A DNA stretch of 64,000 nt from NCBI RefSeq assembly GCF_009914755.1, contig NC_060925.1; one strand, 5' to 3'. Position numbers and translations under genes: made by a program. Below the pieces are notes generated by a model, which worked only from the letters and a program-made list of their open reading frames with translations, was not told the origin of the DNA and made no database searches. Source of the stretch: the human T2T-CHM13v2.0 reference genome, Homo sapiens. Positions within the stretch are counted from its first letter, which is position 1. Every line of letters begins with the position of its first letter. Positions 1 to 14,689 of this stretch are shown here, piece by piece.

Positions 1-282
1 CGAGGGATATATGCAGACAAAAATGAAAATAATAGCATTCACATGTTATAATTACAGGTAATATTTTCCTGAACAATTTCTAACTGCTTTTACAATTATT
101 TTTGTTAAAAAGAGGGGGCAAATCTACTGGAAAAACCAGCAGTGTCATTTCAAAAGAAGAAAACCATGCATCTCCAATCTACTAGATCCAACAGGGAAAG
201 GAAGTGCCTGAAGAATGGGAAGCAAATAGACATTGTTTTTCCATCCACATGTGGGGTAGGGGAGCTTTCTGCCAGCTACCCA

Positions 283-635
283 GCTATAGTCTGAATGTTT
301 GCTGGTATCCCCCACAAAATTCATGTTGAAATCCTAACCCCCCAAAGTGATGGTATTAAGAAGTGGGACCTTTGGGAGGTGATTAAGTCATGAGGGTAGA
401 GCCCTCATGAATGCGACTAGTACCTTTATAAAAGAGACCCCAGAGGGCTAGCTTGCTCCATCCACCATGTGAGGAAACAGCCAGAAGGTGACATCTATGA
501 ACCAGGAATAGGCCCTCAATAGTCACCAAATCTGCTGGTGCTTGATCTTCACCTTGCAGAACTAGAAAAATCAATTTCTGTCATTTATAAGCCACCCAAT
601 TTATGGTATTTTGTATAGTAACCCAGACTAGGACA
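283..635 (+). mobile_element. MLT1A/MLT1A0-type solo LTR (ERVL-MaLR)
   Basis: gctatagtctgaatgttt...aaatcctaaccccc...ataagccacccaatttatggtattttgtatag...ggaca. Confidence 0.8.
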
Positions 636-1424
636 CTGCCATGTGATGCAAAGAAATAATCCTATTTTGGAATTATTTATTTTACATAGAAAGAATAGCC
701 TCCCTTTGGCAGATGTTTAATAACTAAATATTTAAGTAGAAAAGTATTTATGCTAGGGTCTCCCAGGATCTGAGGTCTAACTTTGATAAAGTACAAAGTG
801 ATATCTTAAAATTGTAGATAGTGTACTGCTAAGCTGATAATAAAAACAAGGAAGCAACAATAAAATGATAAAGTGGCAGATCAGCAAATGTACAATTACA
901 GGATAATAAGATTCTAAGCTATATGTAAAAATGGTGAACTGGAAATTTCAGTATGAATAAGAAGGTGAATAAGCATGAGGTGAACCAGGGGAGATAGGCA
1001 GAGTCCAGTCGAGGTATTAGTTTGTAGATTTATCTTGTTTAATACCACTGTTATGGCAATTATTTGTTTTATTGACATATATTTGTTATATATTTGAGAA
1101 ATAGTTCTATATTAACATATGTATGTCTGTATGTATGTACAGTTTTATATATTAAACAGTACTTTATAATAATTATATCAAAATTATCATATTAAACAGT
1201 ACTACTAATATATGGCCAGCCAGTAAGAGTGAATACTGTCATATGCTTTTAGCCAATAAGAACTAGTGCCCAATATTCTATTTTCCTAAATTTGAATGGT
1301 ACTTACCAATCTTTTTGTTTCCCCAGTGCCATTCTGAAGAGATCTGAACCCACAAGAGTAGATAAAAAGCATGCAAATAATGTTGGGAATGCTACTCAAG
1401 TGCCAAGAAAGAATATCAACATAG

Positions 1425-1580
1425 ATCGGTGATTTTCAACCTTGGCTTCACAATAGAATCATTTGGGGAAATCTCAAAAACAAAACTACTTATGCCCAGT
1501 CTCCACCACCAAACCAATTAAGTCAGCATCTTGGAGGTGGGGCTGTGACATCGGTATTTTTTACATAACTGCAACCACAG
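1425..1580. mobile_element. MER5-type hAT-Charlie MITE fragment
   Basis: gtgattttcaaccttggcttcacaatagaatcatttgggg...ccaattaagtcagcatc. Confidence 0.65.
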
Positions 1581-2330
1581 GTGTTAAATATATGTTCTTT
1601 GCTAAAGGCAGGTGAGAATCTTAAAAGGACTAGTTGAAGAAACATGGAAAAAATTGCCACTCAGATTGGTACAAATCCTTTGACTTTACAAGAGGCACTG
1701 TAAACACTACTGTAACCTGAGAAAAAGACTAACAACTGTATCAACTATAAGAAACTGGCCAAAAGCATTCTGCAATTTCAGGAATTTGCAAACAGCAATG
1801 TAAAGACTGCCAATATACAACACTGGGGATGTATTTATAGGGATTATGGTATGCCAACCAACACCTTACCATGCTGGTTCAGTTAGCATTACCATCCTTG
1901 AGAACACAATGCTAGCACAATCTTCATGGTTAAATAATAATCTTTCTGGCATATTCATACAATGGAATACTATGCAGCCATTAAAACAATGCTGTATAGA
2001 GTTTAATGATATGAGAAAATATTCATTAAACACTGTTAAGTGGAAAAAATTAGGTGAAACAGTCTTACGGTATTACCTATTATTTAATGTTATACACACA
2101 TACATATGTTTAAGGTCATCCACCAAAATGGATATAATTTGAGTACAGATTATAGTTAATAAACACTGTTAACATTTTGGTCATTTTGCTTTTATGTATT
2201 TACTGAACTTTCTATAATACGCACAAATTAATTTTGTAATGTGAAAAATCATTCATTCATTACATATTTGCATCCAGTGTATCGATTATGTGCAGTTCTG
2301 ATCTGTGAACCTTTAAGAAAGGCAAGATGA

Positions 2331-2642
<312 letters not shown>

Positions 2643-2674
2643 TTAGAAAAGATTCTTCAGAAATGATCAAATGA

Positions 2675-2880
2675 AATTATTAAGTGTTCACTTTCTGCCA
2701 GCCACTGTTCTGAACACTTTACATTATTTAACTCGTTTATTCTTCATGAGGTGATTAGAATTATTATGTCAATTTTTTACTTGAGAAGTCAAACTTTTTA
2801 GCCTCTAAGCTAAAAAGGGAGGAACTAGGATCTGAATGCAGGCAATCTGGCCCTGGAGCCCCTACTCCTAAGCATTATGC
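2675..2880 (-). mobile_element. MIR fragment
   Basis: Degenerate MIR core (cactgttctgaacactttaca...ggatctgaatgcaggcaatctgg). Confidence 0.6.
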
Positions 2881-3407
2881 TACCCTAACTCTATAATTGA
2901 AATTGTTTCAATAGTAGATCCACCTTTTAGGTGAAGTCTTACTATGTAATTCTAACTCATTGGAAATGCTCAAGAAACCATGGGGCAGCTCTGATCTAGA
3001 TCTCACAAAACAACCTAACCACTGTTTTACATACTGACCTTTAGTTTGCTTTCAAGATCAAAGTCACAAAGGGCCCACAGTTAGCCAGTCCACCTAAAAA
3101 TATTTAGATATCCTCATTGTGTTTTCTACTTCATCTAGAAAAGATTAATGAAATTTGTATATGATATAATTATGAGATATCTATTAGTAATCCAATAATG
3201 CAGTGGATCAGAATAACTGGAAAAACTGTGAAACAAATTTGAGGTTATCCAACAGCAAATGTAGGATTTGGATCTATATATTACAAAAGATAGAAGGTAG
3301 TAACTTGACACACAACCGCAATACTTTTCGTTGCTGTCACCTAAGACTGCTGAACAACTAGTTGTATCAATAACAACTTTTGCCTTCATAGCTCTTATCA
3401 TTTTCAT

Positions 3408-3447
3408 AGCTGAGTTCAGTGGGTATCAATACCCACTGAACTCAGCT
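3408..3447. repeat. Perfect 19-bp inverted repeat with 2-nt spacer
   Basis: agctgagttcagtgggtat-ca-atacccactgaactcagct. Confidence 0.95.
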
Positions 3448-4262
3448 GGTCAAAGACCAGCAGCACCAAGAACCAACCACTTTCCTCTAAAAGCAGTTAC
3501 AGTAAGTGGATTAATCAACCCTCAGTGATTGGGAGCGTGAGACAATTTAACTGTATAACATGTTATCTATCTGCTTTCTTGGAGCTTCCTGCTGCCTATT
3601 TGGTGAGATCTAACACTTTCTTCAAGTCTGGACTGCCCTTCACGATGCCAGAGGAAAATGAAAGAAAATACAATAATTTTGAGGCAGAACAGAAAGGTAG
3701 ATAAAGAAATTGTAAAAATCCTAAAAGGAGAAACATGCCATAAAAGGAATGAGGAAAAAAGATAAACAGGGTATCAGTTAGGGAGTCCACATTTGAGAAG
3801 AAAAGCTCATCTCTCTTCCTGCCCTAAGTCTAAATTTTCAGTTAAACACAGAGGAAACACCCTGTATAAAATACTCTGTCTACATTATTTTGTAAATTTT
3901 ACTCTCTATTGTATTATCTGAATAACTGTCCATCTTCGGTAATATGGCAGCTTGTACAGGCACCTAGTAAATACCTAAAATATGATATCTATTATCAGTG
4001 TAAATACTGAAAGTACACTGATAAGAAAACAAAAACATACAAAAATGAAAATACATTGAATTATCTGGCCTGGACAATTAAGGTGATTAAATATAAAACT
4101 GTTTGGTTGAGATATCTGTTTATTAAAAAGTTATTCCTGGACTCCTAAGAGGTAAGACATCATTAAAAGGCCTTAGAACAAGGCAGTAAAGTACAGTGGT
4201 TAGGCACTAAAGTACAGTGGTTATTAAGTTTTTGTCTGAGTCGACAAAAACTTAATAAAAAC

Positions 4263-4493
4263 CACTGGGTCTCAATTGGGGTGATTTTGCCCCCATGAGA
4301 CATTTAGCAATGTCTAGAAATATTTTTGTCGTCATACAAACAAACAAAGTGGGGAAGGGTAGTGGTACTACTGGCATCTAGAGGGTAGAGGCCAGGAATA
4401 TTGCTGGACCTCCTACACAATATACAGAACAGTCCCCAAGAACAAATAATTATCCATCCCCAAATGTCAACAGTGCCAAGGGGAAAAACCCTG
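4263..4493 (+). mobile_element. MER20 (hAT-Charlie) inserted in a MIR
   Basis: ggggtgattttgcccc...ctactggcatctagagggtagaggccagg...aaatgtcaacagtgcc...aaaccctg; MIR resumes at ~4510-4700. Confidence 0.85.
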
Positions 4494-5469
4494 ATGAAAA
4501 ATTTCATTATGCCACTTATTAGCTGTGAATTTAGGCAAGTGATCTATCCTCTCTAAGCCTCAGAGCTTCCTTATCTATTATTGGAGATTTTAATAGTACC
4601 TGTTCTAATATGGTAGTATGAGGATTAAATAAAAAAATGAACTTAATAGGCTTAGCACAGTGTTTGGTATGTAGTAGGCGCTTTTATAAATGTTCTGTAT
4701 ACTATTAAAATAGTAAAAGTAAGCCTAAGATTCAGATCTTTACAGACATTAAAAGTTTAGGCAAACTTTATTATTCAAAGTCAAAATTCCTAAAGGAAAA
4801 TACTATGGCACTACAATCACAAAAATATTTGTGTGTAAAATTTCTTTCCTTGTCAATTAAACAAAGCATCCCATCTTGATAAACCAATATGAAATCAATA
4901 CCAAATTTATAATTAAAAAACAATAAATCAATTAATTTTTCAATAAAGTATCATGGCAGAGAGTAGGGGCCACTAATATTAAGTAGACTTTCAAGTTCAC
5001 TTTGTATTCTTTGCTAACACTGGAATTCAATGCAATAATTTAAAAATTGACCAGATTCCATCCCCCCTACCCCCAACACACAGCCACCCACTGTAGGAAA
5101 ACTATTTTTTAGTCAAACTACACATCCTTCAAGGATATTCCCCTGCACTATCTACTTTGTTCAAATCATATTCCTAGGTTCATTTGAACAATTACACTCC
5201 TTCTGCAGGATGGTCCTAGAGTATTCCTGAAAAACATTTCACATTAGCAAATCGGGGTATGTTAAATTGTTCACGGTTTATTTCAAAGATTAGACTTTGT
5301 TTTTATGTAATGAATAGAATATATTTCACTTAGCATGACCTGCAACTTTATTATCTGTATCACCACTCTCCTAAAAGTGAAAGTAACTATATTTCCAAAT
5401 CAAACCTAAAAAGGCATATAACCAAATAGAATAATAGTTCCTTACTACTGGATCCTACTGTTACCTTAG

Positions 5470-5725
5470 TGTCATACCTTCTGGGAAGACTTTCCTGATT
5501 TCCTAAAACCAACTTAGATATATTTTCCATGTTCAAGCACAAAACCCTCTTCCTTCTCCTTAGCAGTTAAACTACATTTTAATAGTTTGTTGGTTATCTG
5601 ATTTTTCCACTAGACTGTAAGCTCCACAAAGGTAGAGACTGTGTACTCTAACTCCCTGCATTAACACTATGCCTGGCACATTTGATGTGCTCAGTAAAAA
5701 TTTTTTGCATTAATATATGAATGAA
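5470..5725 (+). mobile_element. L2 3' end fragment
   Basis: actagactgtaagctccac...tgcctggcaca...gctcagtaaa...atgaatgaa. Confidence 0.7.
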
Positions 5726-6419
5726 AAGTCCAACAGAAGAAATGTGCAAACTATTTTTTCAATATCTCATCTTTTTTTAAGGCTCAAGGTTTTACTTAGA
5801 CTGTATGGAAAAGTAAAATAAAATTGATCACTTTAAACAAATTATATAAATTCCATTCTCAGCTTTGTCTTCAGAACCTCCCAAGCTTGCTCCAGAAACT
5901 TGTCTTACTTCAGAAATTTCCACTGCGTTTCTAAAACACAAAACAGCTTTCTTTTAAGACATCTGGAGTTGGTGCTGTTTTTAATCAATTCAGTATACTT
6001 TTGAGCACCTACCAGCATAAAGCAGCTATCGTAAAAGGTATGGATAACAAAGAGATGATTAAGACCCGTCGTTTGCCCGCTAGGAAACTCAAGTTATTGA
6101 AAGACAAAGAAAAAAATAAGTTACAATGTATTGCAGGAATGTGGTACGGCGTATTGGAGAAGGTGGGAACTGGGGATAATCCTGAAAGAATGTGATGTAC
6201 TGAACTTTTAACAGGTGCCACTGTATCTGGACCAATATCTATCGATCTGGACTGTATGCATCAGTATGGCTGTACCAGCTATTAAAATACTGGAACATTT
6301 TCTTACAGATTAGTAAAAAAGCTATTGCCCTGAGCATCCCCTTCTTGAGCCCCTTCTACCCCAACAACATGCAAACGCTTAAGATTCCTGCTCCCCACAG
6401 TTCTGCCAGATTCCATTGT

Positions 6420-7176
<757 letters not shown>

Positions 7177-7375
7177 TTAAATAGCCTATTTCAAATATCA
7201 AGCCACAGCAAAGCTATCTCTTGCCTTCTAGAGGAAGCTATTTCATGAAACTGTAATACTTCTTCCAACATGTCTGTCTGGTTTCCCTACTTTGTCAGGA
7301 AAGCCTAGCAGAGAGCAGGCCCAGCTGGTTCACGCCTTGGGGCTTGGGATGTGTGGGGTGAGTAGGATAATTGGG

Positions 7376-8009
7376 TGTAGAAAGTAAAAAGTTTCCTCTT
7401 CAGAGTTTCCCTTCTTGTTAAAGAATAAATCATAAGTGTTAGAAATAATAGTTTCTTTTAAAGACTAACTTCCTTCAATCCTCCTTGCTTTGTGCTATTA
7501 ACTCTCTGTTAAGCCCTATCCTATGTAGCTATTAGACATAAAGGAATAAGTACATTCTATGTCCTTGTACTTTAACCAAAATATTTGTGCTGGAGGTGCT
7601 CACGGGCATGTCTCAGCTCACAGCCTATGCCCCTTCCTTATTCAGGAATATTATTACTTTTCTAAGTCCTTTCATAAGCAACTTCCTCTTTTCCTTTGTC
7701 TTTCCATTGCTTTTACCTATTTAGAAAAGTTTTAAATTATTAGCCAGTCAGGTTTTAGTTTAGATTGTGCAGTCTGGCTCCAGCCAACGGAGACAGGACA
7801 CAGCAGCAAGGACAAGCTGCGTAAGGGATAAAAATTTCTTCCCTCCATTGTTCAGGTGTGCTCTCGCCATTGTTCCATCTGCGAGGAGCACTCTTTCTGC
7901 AGAAAGTAAAATTATCTTGCTGAGAAAACTTTTTGTCTGAATGCTAATTTTTCCTTGCAGTACCGATTAACAAGCATTCTGTTTCTAAATAAACATTTTA
8001 CATATAAAA
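7376..8009 (+). mobile_element. ERV1 solo LTR, LTR10-like
   Basis: Starts TGTAGAAAGTAAAAAGTTTCC, AATAAA near the 3' end, 5-bp TSD ttggg (7371-7375 / 8010-8014). Family name from memory. Confidence 0.7.
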
Positions 8010-8408
8010 TTGGGGTAGTTTTGATAGCACCTAAAATATTGTATGGAACTTAATTTTTTTAAAAAACATATTTCTTCTACTACTAATCTCCAAACTCTTT
8101 CAGGACAGAAAAACTAGTTAGTTATTCCCAAGGGTCTAGTATCCTGTACCTGGAACCTAGCAAATGCTCAATTACTGTTTATGGACTAAATGACTGAATG
8201 AATGGCATGTCTCATGGGTTGAGATGATACTCATTGGTTGTATACAGCACGATTCACAGTTGGTATTGTACTTAGTGAAAACATGTCCAACCCCCATTTC
8301 TTTCATTCTTCCAATTAGTTATTCAACAAATATTTATTGTTCAACTACTATGGGCTAGGAATATCAGGCACTGAATTATACAGAGGTTAACAAAAGGAAC
8401 ATGATATA

Positions 8409-9035
8409 TGTTACTGGAAATGGGTCCCTATCCAGACCCCAAGAGAGGGTTCTTGAATCTCCTGCAAGAAAGAACTGGGGGCAAGTCCATACAGTAAAGT
8501 GAAAGCAAGTTTACTAGAGAAGTAAAGAAACAAAAGAATGGCTACTCCATAGACAAAGCAGCACCAAGAGTTGATGGTTGGCTATTTTCATGATTATTTC
8601 TTGATTATATGCCAAATAAGCGGTGGATGATTCATGAGTTTTCTGGGAAAGAGGCAGGGATTTCCCTCTTTTAGACCGTATAGGGTAACTTCCTGACATT
8701 GCCATGGCATTTGTAAACTGTCATGGTGCTGGTGGGAGTGTCTTTTAGCATGCTGATGCATTGTAATTAGCATACAGTGAGCAGTGAGGACAGCCAGAGG
8801 TCATATTCATCGCCATATTGGTTTTGGTGGGTTTTGGCCAGCTTCTTTACCACATCCTGTTTTATCATCAGGGTCTTTATGACCTTTATCTTGTGATACC
8901 AGTCCTGCCAACCTCTCATCTCATCCTGTGACTGAGAATGCCTAACCTCCTAGGAATGCAGCCCCATAGATCTCAGCCTCATTTTACCCAGCCCGTATTC
9001 AAGATGGAGTCATTCTGATTTGAATGCCTCTGACA
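8409..9035 (-). mobile_element. MER41B solo LTR (ERV1)
   Basis: Minus strand reads TGTCAGAGGCATTCAAATCAG...CCAGTAACA, with the MER41B-type tgctaattacaatgcatcagcatgctaaaa segment and a GAS-bearing segment. Confidence 0.85.
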
Positions 9036-9457
9036 GTTACATTCTAGCTGGCTCTGTCTCTCTTCCATTATCCCCAACCCACCTCCACCCGCATTGCATT
9101 CCCACCTCTCAATCTGCAACAATAAAAGCTTTGGATGGTGACTTTTTTAACTCTGAATATACAACGAGATTGTCCTTCAGACCGGCAGCTTTATTATCTT
9201 TCTGTGGAGTCTAAATGGATTTGTTTTTTCCTAGCGGCCATTATAGTTTCCTCATCTTACCTGCTGTCTCAACAGCTTTGCTGTAGCTTGGCTTCCTCCT
9301 CTAATAGTCCTCCAGCTCCTGCTCCTTTTATTGGACCATCTCTCCTCTACTCATAGTGGTGGTTCAGTGTTTCAGCAATTAGTGAAAATTTCCGTCTCAG
9401 ACTGACTTTTCTTTACAATCTTAAGGATCTTTCAGTTTTCATTATTAATAGTAGTAG

Positions 9458-9862
<405 letters not shown>

Positions 9863-11404
9863 TAAATCTAATACGACATTAAAGGTGACAAAGTGGGTCA
9901 TAATCTAACTTGCTGTTGTTGTTTGCTTGTGGTGAATTCTCTAGCTTCCAAAGATGTAATTTTTGTTAATCAGTCCCTCTTGGTTCTTCCCCTAATCCCT
10001 GGCCCATCCTCTTACTCCATCACTACCTGATATGAGACCTTTTTCTTTGTTTTTTATTAGGGAGCATGATCCTCTGGTTCTGGAAATCTGAAGTCAGGCC
10101 CCAAACTCTGTGTGCCATTTCTCTACGGAGGTCTACCTCCAAGCTCTCGGGCAGATAATAACCAAAATTTCAAAGTTCTAGGAGGAATTTCCTTTTTAAA
10201 AAATCTGCTATTTATGCAGACTGTCACTTCTTGAGAATATTACAATGAAAGCTTTGAGTTGAAGTTTTAGGAGCTCAAGACATAATCCTTTCTTCCTCTT
10301 TTAAGTTCAGATCAAATTGGGAAATAGAGAAGTCAAACAGAGAATTAATAATGCTACAGTACTTTTATTACTGATCAAACTAAGTGGAGAACTTGCATTT
10401 AGATCTGTGATGATGCAAAGGTCCTGCTAATATTTCACTCCAGAATTAGGCAGACTTCACTCCAGAAACAGCAGGCCTTTCTCAAATGGGCAGGCTGACT
10501 GGCTTCTTACCACATGGCATAGGGCAAACCAGAATGACCTACTCTGAGGCTGGCATCTTAAGTGTTCAGCTATCACCACAAGACTTCTCAGATTCTCAGT
10601 GAAGAAGGGAACAGGGTGCAGTCCAACACAAAGGAGGACCCACCTCCTACCAGAGAGCAGAAATGATCTTAGTACCTTTGTGTCCCTTGGCCAGCTCCAG
10701 TGGCGGTGGTGATCTCAGAGACTTCCAGCTGTTCTCTCTCTCCCAGCCTTTAGCTGGGAAAAGGGTTTGTCCCTGTAATACACTTTTTGTGGAGGACCTC
10801 ACTTATGTGAATTTCATGTGACACAGTGCCTTTCTTATGAATTTCCTTATTCTGACTGTGTTTGTGTACTCCAGTTTATTGCAGTTGCCACACCAAAAGA
10901 AATACTAGATTTTTATATTACTTGTGGGATAGGATGTGCATTTTTATTGGTATTTATCATTTTATTTGCCACAAATGACAAAACCTTATCTAAAATTGCT
11001 ACACTTGTGTTTGGATTTTGGACAGGTTTTGTGTGGCTGCTTAATTTCGTTCAATATGCTCTATGAATTGCTGCTGAGAAAACTTGAAAATACTGATACG
11101 AGATAAGCCTTAATTGAACTTCTAAAATACTTCAAGACTTTGGAAAATAGAAGTAATGGATGATGGGTGATGTATCAAAATTTGCATAATTTTTAAAGGA
11201 CATTTTTTGAGCAGTGATGATCAAGTCTAGTCTGAACACAAGCTATCATTTACCACAAATTACACCAGAGGCATTTTGTTTTAAATTTGTCTTTGTTGTA
11301 ACGTTGTAACTGTTGAAATTAGTCTCAGACAGAATTTTCTGGAGGTTTTGTTTTTTATGGAGGGATACTCGTGGGGACACAAACTTTTCCTTAAAACACA
11401 TGGA

Positions 11405-14400
11405 TCAAATCAGAAATGAAAGAGGGGACATTATTACCAACCTGTGGAATACAAAATATTATAGAGGAATATTATGAGAAGTTATATGCCAGGAAATTAG
11501 ATAAACTAGATGAAATGAACAAATTTCAAGAAAGAAACAAGCTACCCAAACTGATTCAGGAAGCAATAGAAAATCTGAATACCCTATAACAAGTAAAGCA
11601 ATTCAATTAGTAGTAATAATTTTTTTTAATGTTCCACAAAGAGGAGCCCAGGTTCAGATAGCTTAATCTGTGACTTCTGCCGAATATGTTTATAGGACAC
11701 AGACTCTTCACCCCCTGAAAAAAAGGAGAAGAAGAACACTTCCCATCTCATTCTATGAGGCCAGTATTACCCTGGCACCAAAACTAAGACTTCAAGAAAG
11801 GAAAATGACAGGCCAGTATACCTTTATAAATATAGATGTAAAAGTTCTCAACAAACTTTATTTGGCAACATATGAAAAAGATTATACATCATGACAAAGT
11901 GGCATTTATCCTAGGAATGCAAGGTTGATTCAACATATGAAACAATAAATGTAATGCACCATATTACAAAGGACAAAGGACAAACTCCATATGATCATCT
12001 CAATAAATGCAGAAAAAGCATTTGAGAAAATCTAGCATCTTATCTTGTTAAAAAACAATGAACAAACTAGGAAAGAAGAGAACTTCTTCAACCTGATAAA
12101 GGGTATCTATGAAAAACCCACAGCTAACCCCATACTTAAAGGGGAAAGACTTGAAAACATTTCCTGTAAGATGAGGAATAAAACAAGTATGTCCGCTCTC
12201 ACCACTTCTAGTCAACATAGTACCTGATGTTCTAATGAGGGCAATTAGGCAAGAAAAAGAAATAAAAGCACCCCAGCTGGAAAGGAATAAGTAACACTAT
12301 TTCTATTTGTAGATGACTTTATCTTGTATATAGAAAATTCTAAGGAATCCACACAAAAATTTAAGAATTAATAAATGAATTCACCAAATTGTAGGGTACA
12401 AGATCAATATACAAAAAAATTTGCAGTTCTATGCACCAGAAATGAACAATCCAAAAATGAAACTGAGAGCACAATTCCATTTACAAGGCATCAAAATAAA
12501 GCTGCACATCTACACCATCTGATCTTCAACAAAGCTGACAAAAACAAGCAATGGGGAAAGGACTCCCTATTCAATAAATTGTGCTGGGATAACTGGCTAG
12601 CCATATACAGAAGAATGAAACTAGACCCTTACCTTTCACTGTATACAAAAATTAACTCAAGATAATTAAAAATTTAAATGTAAGACCTCAAAATATAAAA
12701 ATCTTAGAAGAAAACCTAGAAGATACTTTTACCAACATCAGCCTTGGCAAAAAGTTTTTGGATAAGTGCCCAAAAGCAATTGCAACAAAACCAAAAATTG
12801 ACAAATGGGACCTAATTAAACTAAAGACCTTCTGCATAGCAAAATAAACAATCAACAGGGTAAATAGATAACCTACCGGATGGGAGAAAATATTCACTAA
12901 CAATGCATCCAACAAAGATCTAATACCTAGAATTTATAAGGAACTTCAGTCAATAAGCAAAAACAAATAATCCCCTTAAAAATGGTCAAGGGATATGAAC
13001 AGACACTTTTTTTAAAGAAGACATATAAGTGACCAACCAACATATGAAAAAATGCTCCACAACACTAATTATCAGAGAAATACAAATCAAAACTACAATG
13101 AGATATTACCCCACACCAGTTAGAATGGCTATTATTAAAAAGTCAAAAATGGCTATCATTAAAAAGTCAAAAAACAACAGATGCTGATGTGGCTGCAGGG
13201 AATAGGGAACACTTACACACTGTTTTTCGGAATGTAAATTTGTTCAGCCGCTGTGAAAAGTAGTTTGGAGATTTCTCAAATAACTTAAAGCGACCATTTG
13301 ATGCAGCAATCCCATGATTGGGTACATATCCAGAGGACAATAAATCATTATACCAAAAGACACATGCATTTATATGTTCATCACTGCACAATTTACAATA
13401 GCAAATACATGGAATCAACCTAGGTGCACATCAAGGGTGAATTGGATAAAGAAAATGTGGTACATATACACTGTAGAATACTATACAGCCATAAAAAGTG
13501 AAATAATGTCCTTTACAGCAACATGGATAGAGTTGGAGGCCAAAATCCTTAGCAAATTAATGCAGAAAAAGACAACCAAATACCACATGTTCTCATTTAT
13601 AAGTGGGAGCTAACCACTGAGCACACATGAACATAAACATAGGAACAATAGACACTGTGGACTACTAGAGAGGGGACCGAGGGAGGGAACATGGGTAGAA
13701 AAACCTCCATGGATATGTAACAAAGCTGTACATGTACCCTCTGTATCTAAAAGTTGAAATTTAAAATGAGTAAATAAATGAAATGTTTAGGAATAAATCT
13801 AACAAAAAAAGTGTACACTAAAAACCACAAAATGTTGTTGAAGGAAATATTAAAAGACCTAAATAAATGGAAAGGAATTCCATGTTCATGTTCCACATTC
13901 ATGGATTGGAAGACTTAACAGAGTTAAGATGGCAGTAATCCCAAATTGATCTATAGATTTGTTGCAATCTCTATCAAAATCCCAGCAGGATCTCTCTCTC
14001 TCTCTTTTTTTTTTTTTTTTTTTTTTTGTGTGTGGCAGAAATTGACAAGCTGCTCTTAAAATTCAGGTAGAAAAGCAAAGGACCCAGAATAATTAAAACC
14101 ATCTTTAAAAGAAGGAAAAAGGTGTGAGAAGGACTCATACTTCTGATTTCAAAACTTAATAACAAGCAACATAATTAAGACAGTGTGGTATTGAAATCAG
14201 AATAGACATACAGGTCAATGGAATATAATTGAGAGTCCCAAAAATAAACACATGCATATATGGTCTAATTAAAAAAAAATAAGGAAAGGAGAGTATTTTC
14301 AACAAATGATGTGTGACAACTGGATATTCACATGCAAAATGATGATGGGCTCTTACATCACACTATATATAAAAATTATCTCAAAATGGATTGTCAACCT

Positions 14401-14642
14401 ATGAGCTAAAACTATATATCTCTTTGAATGAAACACAGGAATAAATCTTTGTGACCTTTGATCCAGCATGGTTTCCTAGCTATGACACCAAAAGTACAAG
14501 CTGCAAAAGAAAAAAATAGATAAAAAGACTTCACCAAAATTTAAAACTTATTTTCTTCAAAAAGCACAAGAAAGTGAGAGGACAACCCTCAAAGTGGGAC
14601 AAAATACTTGCAAATCATATCAGGTAAAGGAATTGCATCCAG

Positions 14643-14689
<47 letters not shown>

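Noticed and set aside
10818-11066. 82-aa hydrophobic ORF resembling a membrane peptide
   Set aside because: GTG start, T-rich composition explains the hydrophobicity, and I recognise no homolog. A tBLASTx search could still test for a decayed pseudogene.
13125-13172. 24-bp tandem duplication in an L1, and a similar short duplication at ~46570-46605
   Set aside because: Ordinary slippage-type indels in dead L1 copies.
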